This document shows positions 11,962 to 23,689 of a stretch of 64,000 nt of DNA, in pieces (position 1 is the stretch's first letter; every line of letters starts with the position of its first letter). A program made the translations under genes and the position numbers. Below the pieces are notes generated by a model. It was given only the letters and a program-made list of their open reading frames with translations. It ran no database searches and had not been told where the DNA came from. The stretch is taken from NCBI RefSeq assembly GCF_009914755.1, contig NC_060937.1; one strand, given 5' to 3'. Source of the stretch: the human T2T-CHM13v2.0 reference genome, Homo sapiens.

Positions 11962-11997
11962 CATAAATGCTGAGTTCAGGTGTTCATATGCCTACCC

Positions 11998-12028
11998 TTT
12001 ACCAGGAGAGACTGTTTCTCCTGGTAAA
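11998..12028. repeat. Perfect 12-bp inverted repeat, 7-nt loop
   Basis: tttaccaggaga / tctcctggtaaa. Confidence 0.93.
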
Positions 12029-12413
12029 CTCCTGTTTCTGCTCCGTGGGTTTCTCACATCCTTTGAATACTCCACATTTTATAACTGAAATCTAGGACAA
12101 CCCTTTGAGCTGAGAGAGAAAAAATGATTTTTTTGTTGTTTAACATAAAATAAACATGGGTGATTTCTTTCTCTTATCATTACCCAGATAGGCTAGTATC
12201 TGAGACCTGGTTGCATCTTAGCAGGATGCCCGTGGAGAGGAATCTGGGGATGGATAGAAAACTAGTAGAGCTCATTCCCAAAGGAGTGTGTCAATCACAT
12301 AATTTCTGTTGTCACCAAGAAAATGGGACCAGGTCAGCCCTAATTCAGAGACGGTTCTAGGTGATCCACCAGATATTTGTGTTGGACTGACCAATTTGTG
12401 CTGTTCTCTGCAG

Positions 12414-12465
12414 GCATGTGATAGGGTCCAGGCTGGGGAAGGAGCATTGCAAGAATTCCACTGGG
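12414..12465 (+). pseudogene. Myosin pseudo-exon: completion of the split IQ motif
   Basis: ctgac..tgtgctgttctctgcag|GC ATG TGA. Joined to 9465 it gives LQKCM*, then RVQA after +1 nt. 3' end uncertain. Confidence 0.55.
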
Positions 12466-13134
12466 TATAAAAACCAATACCAAGCAGTAGGGATTTGGGG
12501 AAAAATTCTAAAATCAGTATTAGAACTTAAGCACACATCAGAACACTTCAGCACTAATCCAGATCCTGGAGGAAAGCAGTCAATGGTGGGATTGGTTATA
12601 AACTGACCACACGCTGGGCTTCCCAGACGCCTCTGTGCAGTATAGAGCAGCAAGACAGATTCCAGATTGCTGACTTTTTCATATTTATTGTAAATATTTT
12701 CCCGGTTTCTTATTATCTTGATATTTTGATTCACAAACATATCAATTTTGAATTAATCTCATTGTACAATGTTCAATTTTTTTTCTGAGCTTATTGGTTT
12801 GGAAAGATCTACTCTACCAATAAGTCAAGTCATTCATTCATAGTTTACATTAGTTTTTTTCTACACTTAATTATTTTAGTCATCTGAAATTTAATTTTAA
12901 TATATGGTACAAGGTGAGAATCTAGATATATTCTTTATCCTTAGGTAATTAATCACTCCCCTGCACAGACCGTTGAAGAAAGATTTTAGTTTCAAAGAGA
13001 AAAAGTAACTTGTCTTGCCTACCTTTGCATCATAAATGCCTACACCTAACATTGTGTCTGATCTATAGTAGTTGCTCAATTAAACATTTGTTGAGTAAAT
13101 GAATACTTATTGAACCTGTTGCCTGTCCCTGGCA

Positions 13135-13239
13135 TCCAACATGGTGGAAAATTCATCTGAAATGACAGAAATCTTGGGTAATGATGAATCTCTGAGGATT
13201 CCTGTGTCATAGCTAACTAGTTGATAAGTATGTGCAATT
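13135..13239 (+). repeat. Dispersed 105-bp duplication, copy 1 (partner 41520-41624)
   Basis: Ungapped, 97/105 identical by manual count. Confidence 0.95.
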
Positions 13240-13629
13240 ATTTCTTTTGGAGATGGAGCTATAAATCAAAGGAACACAATGATTATGCTTAGTTAGAAAA
13301 GAAAAAACTAACATTCTAAGTAGTGGTCAGTTGCTAGGAATTAATGCCTACCATCAAAGTCTCACAGGCTGCTTCCAAGTGAGACAAGCTTCTCAAAGTA
13401 ATGACACCTGAGATCTGTGGATCCCTGCCCTGCCACATTGCTGCCCTCCAGCACAGCTTCCACGTGTCCCTCCCTGGCCAGCTTGCCTTGGCGGCTGTAC
13501 TGAGGGAGATGTATTTCTGCTATTCATTCCCTCTAATAACACTTACTGATTACCTATGGTTGTTCTCTGTTCTTGGAATACACACTTTTATACTTTATAT
13601 TTTAAGACAGTATTGTAGAGATAGATAAG

Positions 13630-14030
13630 AGTAAGATCACTTCCCCATTCACCACCTGTGACTTAGTTTCCCTAAGCCACAGTTTACTCATCAGCAAAAT
13701 GGGAGGTAATACCAGCTAACATTTCTGTACCATCTATTTTGTGCCTGGCACTGCTCGAAGTGTCATATACATTTTAAATTATTTAGTATTCATTAACTCT
13801 TTAAGTAAGCACCATTTTTAGACCCATTTACAGACAACGAAATGGAGGCATGAAGAAGTAATTGCCTTGCCTAAGGATTAGAATCCAGGCCCTCTGGCTC
13901 TGAAGTCCATGCTCCTAACCACAGTATTAAGGTGTCTCCCAGGCAGGATAAATAGTAGCCACCTCAGGGAGTTGATGTGAGATCAAGTGAAACACCATAT
14001 GCAAGATTCCCGTGAGCCTTTGATGCGTGT
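13630..14030. mobile_element. MIR elements, nested in opposite orientations
   Basis: ctaagccacagtttactcatcagcaaaatggg; cccatttacagacaacgaaatggaggc; gttgatgtgagatcaagtga. Confidence 0.7.
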
Positions 14031-14084
14031 TAGCTCTGTGACAGGAAACATAGCCCCCCGGCTCACTGATCTTACCTTCCATAG

Positions 14085-14240
14085 GGAATACAGATGCTCA
14101 GACAGTCACTTTCAGTGCAGAGACAAAGGTGATAGGAGAGGAAGAAGTCCTGGAGGCTAGAGACCACATGTCAGGGTCCCCAGTCAGAACTGGGGGAGAG
14201 GAAAGGCTTCTCAGAGGGAATATTATTTGTATTAAAGCCA
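14085..14240 (+). pseudogene. Myosin pseudo-exon: linker and start of globular tail
   Basis: ctcactgatcttaccttccatag|; about 50 open codons ending GGEERLLRGNIICIK (cf. MYO5A EDEQKLVKNLILELK). Confidence 0.6.
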
Positions 14241-14724
14241 ATTAAAGTCTGTTCCTTTTCCTGCGAAGATCTCAAGGGTTTATTTCCCTCCACAGGACCT
14301 GTTTTGCTTCCCCTTCCTCCATTCCCTTCACCTACTCTCTGCCCTTCACCTCTTTCAGAATTCTTGGGGAAACAGGATGTACCCCGGCAACCCAATCATG
14401 TCTATGCATCCCACAAACACTGGTGGGTGGGGAAGCACCACAAGAGAGGTTAGTTGAGTTACACCCACGTGCTATAAGCTGAGTAACAGATGATTGAAGG
14501 GGAAAAGGATTAAATGTTTTCAGGAACATTCAGAATTTCACATTTTACAAGATGATGTTTAATTAGTTATCTCTAGTAGTAGCCTGGATAGGTCTCATGA
14601 TTTTTTTCCAAAAGCAGCTGAATCTGAGTATGGTTCCTAAAGTTATATGAATTCTGAGTAAATGTATGTATACACATCTGAAATGATACCCCTTTGGCTT
14701 ACTCATAATGTTTGTTGAATGTAA

Positions 14725-14950
14725 TATACTGAGAGACCTTTGGGGTCATTTAGTTCAACTTCAAACTCATAAAGACTTCCCTTTTAGCAGAAAGGCAATT
14801 TATCTAGTTTATCCATTTTCTCTTAAATAATTGCAGTGATGTGAAGCTCACCATGCCTCAATACAGCCATTTTGATTGTTGTATAGCTATAATTCTAAAA
14901 GTCTTGACTTACATTGACCTAAGTCTGTTGACCTTTGTTCTGTCCTCTGC
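14725..14950 (-). mobile_element. L3/CR1 fragment
   Basis: gagacctttggggtcatttagttcaac ... gcagtgatgtgaagctcacca. Confidence 0.5.
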
Positions 14951-15071
14951 AGGGAGAGAGACATAAAAACAAGCAAACATGTTTTTCTTGTAAACTCAGA
15001 CAACTTCATGGTTTCCCTTTGTTCTTTGGATGAAATAATGTCAGTTGTTGACGGTCTTATTTATATTCCAG

Positions 15072-15190
15072 TGGGCAAGCTCTTCTACGTATGTTACCTA
15101 AACACTTATGTTTACGTATTAATCTATTTGTTTATTTTAAGAATGCTGTTGCCAAGAAACTTTTGAATAATCTAAGAAAATTGAGCATAT
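15072..15190 (+). pseudogene. Myosin pseudo-exon(s): tail helices
   Basis: GKLFYVCYLN (cf. AYILFMCVRH) and NAVAKKLLNNLRKL (cf. SLLTSTINSIKKV). Confidence 0.4.
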
Positions 15191-16470
15191 GATACTACAA
15201 ATTACTTTTAAACATAGAACTACCCCATAACAGCTAAGAATAAAACAAAACATATGCATGAGAAATGTATTTTTAACTATTGCTTTATAAATTGTGTTTA
15301 TTTCAACTTAGTTGGTATAAAGATGATACCCTAGAACATGACAATAGTTTAAATAATAAGATCAAATATGACTTCACGAATAGGATTCAAGAGGAATCTC
15401 TTACAAACGTATTTCCTTTTCGAATGCACTTGTTTGCTTTCAAACTAGTTTTTCAAACAATAGGAATAACAATGATAGATACGTAATAACACTTAAGCTT
15501 TATTATAATTTTTATATGACCTCTTTAGATTAAGATATACTTTTTTAACTGGCAGATACATTTAATAATCTTTTGTAAGAAGATTGTTTTCATATTCCAT
15601 ATAATACATTTTCATATTAACATTTCAAATTAGAAAAGGAAAATTAAAAAACTGCCATTAGAAATAAAATCTTTCTTTTAGAAATATGAAAATCTCATAA
15701 AAACCCTTAGTTGTGTTTAGGACAATTCTGGTTTAACATTTTGGCAGTAACATTCCCTCCCCTTTCATACCTACCTATTCACCAAAAGGCTGTGATATTA
15801 CTTTTATTTGGTCTTAGTTACTTTGTTTGGGGATTTTTCCATTCATTCAGATGTAATGCATGGCATAATTTATGATTTATGTGATAGAGGCTCAGATTTA
15901 ATCCATGGGGATTTTCATATAAGGTGTGCTCAGTGACATGTTTGAAGTTATGCTATTGAATTCAAATAACACACTTAGTTCTCAGAAATATTAATTTGAT
16001 TTTAACATCCTTCCTCACCACCCAGGTTATGGTTGGTTTCTTACCTTAGGAAAATCCTAAGTGAATTTAATTAACTCATATTTTGAAAGTTTGTACATTT
16101 AGGTTTGCAAGGCAGAGATTTTGCAAACATGAGAAGCAGGGCTGTACACTTAAATTTAATCATTTTCCTATAACCTCATTGATCTGACTTTATATTTCAG
16201 TTATAATAATGCAGAATATGCAATTTTAAAACAAATTATTATTTTGAAGCACTATATTTACATGTGATGACAAATCCACTGTGTTGCTTTTATCTTTTAA
16301 CTTTTGGGATATTAAAATAAAATAGCATTTTTTCTCTGCTTCACAAAGTAATTATTGTAGCATCTGTTGAAATACATGTTGGCTCTCGGGGACTTTTCAG
16401 TCTTAGGACAAATTCTGTGCTTTCTTAAGTATCTGTATTGTTATGCTCCTTTTGTTTTGTTGTTTGAGAG

Positions 16471-16542
16471 GAAAATGAAGATCTGTGACATCATTTATTC
16501 TGGAAACAAGCACAAGTGCGTTTAACAAGAAAAATCAAGGAT
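16471..16542 (+). pseudogene. Myosin pseudo-exon: FW(LSN) helix of globular tail
   Basis: 72 nt, phase 0-0: ENEDL*HHLFWKQAQVRLTRKIKD. Ungapped against [24 protein letters not shown] with D, FW, R, K conserved. Confidence 0.72.
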
Positions 16543-17703
16543 GTAACTTTTGTCCCGCTGGTTTGAAAATCCAAAATCTTCTTTGCAAATAGAGCCATTC
16601 ATTGGGTACAACTGGATCAAAAGTAACAAGTTTTTGTCTGTGTCTTTAGCCTAAAACCTCCCCTACCCTCTTCCAGATTAACTCTGTTGTGCCTGGATTA
16701 ACCCCTAAGAATCCTGGTATTGTTTCTCTTCATTACACTTATCCCCATGTCCCCTATTGTCTTTGCTTTTCATTAGGGGAAATAAACAGTAGACGGTTTA
16801 AGCCATGATAAGCTTCTCCAGCTTGGAGTATCTATTTGAGCTTCATATTTGACACTTGTTTCCCCTTTCAATGTAAACATTCATTTTGAATCCAATAACC
16901 TTGTCAATGGAAATTGTGAATGCTAAGGGCTGAGCAGGCTGTGTGAGCAAATACCAGTGAAGTCTCATTAGTTGTACGGAACCTAGGACCAGAGATGACA
17001 GTTCTGGATCTGAATTAATGGTCTTTTGACCCATTTTACTGTAAACAAATAAGAAAGAGTATTAGCATCTGAGAACCATATCCATTTTAATATAATTAAA
17101 ACTAGAACGGTATGTCCCTAGAGCTTGTCAACAACAGAGTTATGCATAATACACTATTCTTTCACTTTATACCAAATCTTTTTAGCAGATTGGAATATTA
17201 CATGCATTTAACATAAATTTGTTGGCAGGGAAATGGACTAAAAGAGACAAACAGAACTGTATGCTGACTGTGGCTAGAAAAAAATGTTATTCTGATCTCC
17301 AGTTATTGTTTCAATTAAGACAGCTCTTTTTGGCCTTATCTTGATAGAAATTTGACATTGATTAGAAAGGCCATGACCATAAACCTCTGAACTAAATTCT
17401 GGGGAAGGATGAGTGATATTATTTTTCTCTTAAATGGCATGAAAAAAATCGATGGTGGTAGCATTTGATGGTGTCATAATTTGATTTACTAGCTGACCTG
17501 TTGGCCAATCTATGGCTGTTTAAAATCCAAGAACACTTCATTGGCTTCATCACACAAGCTTTGCTCTTCTATTTACAATGTGAATTTCATCCTGGCATGA
17601 GTTTAGAACCCCCAAAGACTAGTCACTCTGTCTGACTAAGTAAAAATATTTACAAAACTGGAATCTTGAGATCATGGGTTATCAACAATTTTTCATTTTT
17701 TAG

Positions 17704-17811
17704 GAACTTCTTCTGTTCCATTCTTCCGATAACAGTGCAGACCACTTAGAGCTTTTACTTCACCTCTCTGAAAATCATTCTCAAATGCAAATCTATAGTC
17801 AAGTTCAAAAG
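17704..17811 (+). pseudogene. Myosin pseudo-exon: QIY helix
   Basis: tttcattttttag| ... AAG|gtaagg; 108 nt open: ELLLFHSSDNSADHLELLLHLSENHSQMQIYSQVQK (cf. LSDLAIQIYQQLVR). Confidence 0.75.
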
Positions 17812-17984
17812 GTAAGGACTCGGGTGGTTTTCTAGGAAGGAAAGAGAGTTGTTCTTCTCACTATTATTTGTACTAATTGGTCATCCAAAAGGAAAGGGAT
17901 GTTCCTATGTTCTTTTCCCCAATATGTAAATTTTGACTTTGTCACTTTTATTTCAAAGGAATTCAGTGTTTGGGGCTAGGGTTA

Positions 17985-18135
17985 GAACCAGCTACATAAT
18001 TTGTGGGGCCCAGTGCCATTTGCTCAAAAAAATTTAAGGATTTCAAGATAGCAACAGCAGAACCAAGCACAGAGCCCTTCTAAAGGTGGAACTCTTTGTG
18101 ACAAACCAGATCAAGGGCTCATGAAGCTAGCCCTG
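17985..18135 (-). mobile_element. MER91A (hAT-Tip100 MITE)
   Basis: agctacataatttgtggggcccagtgc ... atgaagctagccctg. Confidence 0.8.
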
Positions 18136-18944
18136 GCAGGGGCAAAATCCTAGTGTTATTCAGTGGTATTTGCTTAGGGGGTTGATGAATTCCTGATCCT
18201 ACCACAAATCCCCGCGAATTCTCCTTAGGGGGCTCCTGAGGGAGTTACAGACATAAGGAGACAATGGGAGAGAAAGAAATTGGGTATACTATTCAATTAT
18301 TAGCTGTACTTGTGAGCAAAATCTGCAGAGCACTTTAGCAAGCATGGCTGGAGAATGGTGCCCGACCTAAAGCCACAAATATCCTCTTCACCACACTGAG
18401 CCCAAACTCAGTTTGGGTCTCCTGGCTCTGCTTCAGGCTGACCTACCATGAGGGTGGAGAGGATGAAAGGGTCCAGACAGCAGAAAGAGCATAGGGAGCG
18501 CGCGGGCAGACCTCAGGCTTGGGAAGCATCCCTGGTCGAAAAGAAGCAAGAAGAAGAAAAAAGGACATCATATCTATAAGCGTGATGTCTGCACACACAG
18601 CAGCCTCACTCCTAATGTGACGGGTCACGGAGTGTGAGTGACCACTTGAACTCGCTAATCCTTCTGTACAGGGTGGGGCTGGGGGAGATAATGGGGCAGA
18701 AAGTCAATAATTTCTGCGAAACATTTTTCCAATTAAAGGATATCTTAACTATAAAAAATAACTCGTGTTCTCTGAAGAAAATATATTAGAATTTTTTAAA
18801 AAGAAAAATCAAGTTATATCTCCTGTTGCCTTACGAGCCAGATAATAAAAGTTGAGATTATATTACGTGTAGTCTGTTCCTTTGGCTTAACAATACAGTA
18901 TAGATGTCTTTCCATGCCAACTAATATTTATCTACGTCTTTATT

Positions 18945-19276
18945 TCATTTTAACTTATTTTTATTTATTTATTTGTTTTTTTGAGATAGAGTCTGGCTCC
19001 ATCGCCCAGGTGGGAGTGCAGTAGCATGATATTGATCACTGCAACCTCTGCCTCCTGGGTTCAAGCGATTCACCTGCCTCAGCCTCCTGAGTAGCTGGGA
19101 CACAGGCATGCACAACCATGCCTGGCTAATTTTTTTTTTTTTTTGTATTTTCAGTAGAAATGGGGTTTCACCATGTTGGCCAGTATGGTCTTGAACTGCT
19201 GACCTGAAATGATTCACCTGCCTCGACCTCCCAAAGTGCTGGGATTACAGGTGGGTGAGCCACACTGCACCCAGTC
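18945..19276 (-). mobile_element. AluS
   Basis: Antisense dimer; TSD tac(g/a)tctttattt. Confidence 0.96.
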
Positions 19277-19533
19277 TACATCTTTATTTTAAATGGCTAC
19301 CTAGTGTTTCTTCATAGACATTTCTTTAATCTTTATTTCTGAATATTTATGCTGTTTGTTTACTTTAGTTATTACAAGTGACTCAGCTAAATATCTTGTC
19401 TACACAATTTTGCAACATTTCTGGTTATTTTTATTAATTAGATTCCTAAAAATGAGATTCTTGCATCAAAGGTTATGTGTATATTATGGACTTTCCATAC
19501 ATTAGGAAGAAGCGTCACGATCTGCAAGTTCTA

Positions 19534-19751
19534 CTGGCAGGGTTAGAGAGTGCCGCCCTGGCAGGGTTAGACAGTGCCGCCCTGGCAGGGTTAGACAGTG
19601 CCACTCTGGCAGGTTAGACAGTGCCGCCGTGGCAGGGTTAGACAGTGCCGTCCTGGCAGGTTAGACAGTGCTGCTCTGGCAGGGTTAGAAAGTGCTGCTC
19701 TGGCAGGGTTGGAAAGTGCTGCTCTGGCAGGGTTGGAAAGTGCTGCTCTGG
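19534..19751. repeat. 24-bp minisatellite, about 9 copies
   Basis: Unit ctggcagggttagacagtgccgcc with variants. Confidence 0.97.
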
Positions 19752-19817
19752 GTGGCACTGGGTGTGGTTATTCTTTTTCAGTTTTTGCCAGTTTGTTAGG
19801 TGAAAATGGTCTTTTCT

Positions 19818-20968
<1,151 letters not shown>

Positions 20969-22856
20969 TTAGGCAGGCATGCTACTAGCGGAAAGACAGT
21001 TGGAAAGGCCAGGAGGATTCAGGCATAAAAGGAAGAGTCTGCCCAGTTCTGACTCCTCTGTGACCACAGAAGGATCTAGGATGAAATCGGAGAGGTTTAT
21101 GCTTAGTACAAAGGCTGAAGTCATGTTGCAGAGAATCTGAGATGTAGAGGAGAGGAAACACATGGAGGCCCCATTCCTGAGAGCGTGTTGGCTTTGTGCT
21201 AGCCTGCCATTTCTTTCTTTGGTATGATGATTAGACTGATTTTAAAGAAAATATTTGTGAATATATATTGCTCTCCTTTCTTTCAACTCCCCATTGCTTT
21301 ACAGGAGAAAATTTCACAGGAATCAGGGAAGGATAAACAATATAATCAAGGAAAGGGAAAGAATATAATCAACAACTACTTTTAGGTTGATTATCCCAAA
21401 TTCTTCAAACCCTGGTATATTTTCCAATTCTGTTTGGAAATGTTAATATCTCTGACTAGCATGTCAAAAAGTGGTAAAAAGAACAGTTTGACCTAATTGG
21501 TCTCATTTTGCACAGTAAAGAAATCTCAAAGGAGAATGTTTAATTTATTACCTTTGTGAAAAACAAAGCTCTGAATTATAGATTATAATTATTTTTATGT
21601 GATTCTTTTCCAAAGGTTTTAAAGATGTATTTGCTTTGTGTCTCTTTATTCAGAGAATTTTTGAAGATAAAATTGAGCTATTTTTGTTAAATTATTGAAT
21701 ATAGAACTTTATGGCTTAGATGGTTACACAATGCTATAGCACAGATTGTTTTGAAATCTATTTATTTATTTAGTACATAGAGTTGTGTCATAGACAGCAT
21801 ATAAAGCTTTTAAGTTGGAATCAAGAGGGATTCTAGCCCAGTTTTCATAATGTAAGGGTGGTAGGAGGATCCTTGGTGGTGGATATAAAGATCATAGGAG
21901 TTGAAATATTATTCGTGGCTCTCACTTGGGAAATGATCAGAACAAGGTGGCTGAGCAGAGATCACACAGCTTGTGACCATCAAAGATGGTCTTTTAAGTT
22001 TAAATTTATGAGGAGGGGTCATCACACCAGCAGCAGCCATCCCCCAGCCACTGGCTGCCTACATGGTGAGAGTCACTGGTTTGACCACACCACAGCATGG
22101 TGACTTGGGTTCCTGCAGAGACATCCTCCTTTCTCACCTTTCCCCTAAACATTTGCATCTTGCTCAATGGAGAGGGGGTCTCCAGCTTCCTGCTTGGAGG
22201 TCATTGAGCTCTCACCCCGCCTGGCTGTGTAGATGGACCAGGTGGAGGTACTGAAGTGGGGGTGGGGACTAAGGAGCTATTACTGCTATGTGGAAATACT
22301 TGCCTCTCCCAGATCCAGCCTTAACAATTTTCTCCTGGTGATGTTAATAGCAGCTCCTGCACAAAGGAGATGTCAGAGTTTATCCTGTGAGGAGACAAAA
22401 TAATAAGAATAGTTTTACCAAAGAATGAAATATCATATAATGTCTGCATTTTACCATTAATTTGAGTGCATCTTTGGAAAACTGAATATAACAAAAACCC
22501 AGGACATTTTTGGAAATCGTATGCTTTCTAGCCACTTTGTGTGAATTTTTATATAAGCATTGTTTTATGAGTTATATAAAATGTTATAAAATAAAAAAAT
22601 TGATCAATAAATGTTAGCCATTACTGAGTATAGGATTAAAATATATATATTTTCTTTTTTCATCTAAATTCAGTATTAAACTATTACTCTGAAATTATAG
22701 ACCTATGAAGTATTTATTAACAACCTGAAGTTATATTGGTAAGTTATAATTGGCATCCTCGGTACTTTGGAGTACTGTATCTTTATTTGTGTTACATTTT
22801 CTTATGACAGTATTTTGTTATTTTCTTCTTGATATCTTTGTGTTATGGCTGGGCAG

Positions 22857-22930
22857 AAAGTTCTGTTAGAGCAGAGCCTTTTAGTTTTCATACTGCATCT
22901 TGAAATGTCTCTGATGGAAGACTCGTCAAG
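22857..22930 (+). pseudogene. Myosin pseudo-exon: VLE..L..I helix
   Basis: KVLLEQSLLVFILHLEMSLMEDSS(R), open, phase 0-2 (cf. RVLENILQPMIVSGMLEHE); splice sites weak. Confidence 0.55.
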
Positions 22931-23275
22931 GTTAAGGCTGTATCTGTGCCTCCTGCAAACTTCCCAGAGAGTTTAGCTGGTGCCCCGCAGCCTGCAAAAT
23001 TAAAAAATGCTTTATTTTATTTACTGACTGAATTAGATAATTAGGTTGTATATTTGAATGGGCCACACAAAATGGTTTACTATCCCAGCTCTGCAGAGGT
23101 AATGTTAAATGCAAGAGAAACATATATTTTAAGTGTTTAGTTAACTGAAGTCATTGCAATGTATAATGACCCACACCAGGAAATCTTTGATTACTTAGAC
23201 AACTCTTAGGAGATATATAACATTTTATGGATTGATTATTCCTACCTTCTATATTTCTGTTGCTTTTACATACAG

Positions 23276-23326
23276 GTCATTAGGCAGAAATAGCTCTTGT
23301 TTCAGACCTACGTAAATCTTTCAATG
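23276..23326 (+). pseudogene. Myosin pseudo-exon: loop before the DIL domain
   Basis: Strong acceptor, ATG|gtatgc donor, phase 2-2: SLGRNSSCFRPT*IFQ(W) (cf. GLRKRTSS). Confidence 0.6.
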
Positions 23327-23689
23327 GTATGCTGAGGCAGTCTGGTTTAAAATGTTACACCACAATATTAAATGGAATTACCTTCTAGGGTATGAAGTGA
23401 GAAATAAATTATTTGGGGAAATCTAATCAATGATGCTATAAAAATTAATTGCAAAAGACTGGGCTCATTTAACTTTTGTTCTATAAAAATAGTTAATGAA
23501 GAAAAATATGGTTAATGCTAGTGCAGAATGAGTATGTCAATAATTGTCAGGCAATAAGTAATACTGAGTTTCAAAGATCTAAAAGAAAGAGGCTTGGGTT
23601 TACTTTTATGGGCAATTGTAAATGTGGAATCATTTTACATGATGATAACCTAAATTAATATTTTTGCTATACTTCTTTTGTATTTTTTC

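Larger units (their letters stand above)
18850..19812 (-). mobile_element. Old L1ME fragment interrupted by an Alu and a VNTR
   Basis: tttggcttaacaata; aaatggctacctagtgtt; gattcctaaaaatgagattcttgcatcaaagg; tttttgccagtttgttaggtgaaaatgg. Confidence 0.6.

Noticed and set aside
13165-13205. C/D snoRNA or SECIS in the duplicated segment
   Set aside because: Boxes C and D are only 4 nt apart with no guide region; no GA/GA quartet on the 3' side for SECIS
19534-19751. Regular repeat array as CRISPR or as a coding repeat (ESAALAGL)n
   Set aside because: Head-to-tail units with no spacers, primate DNA, and 23-bp units break the frame
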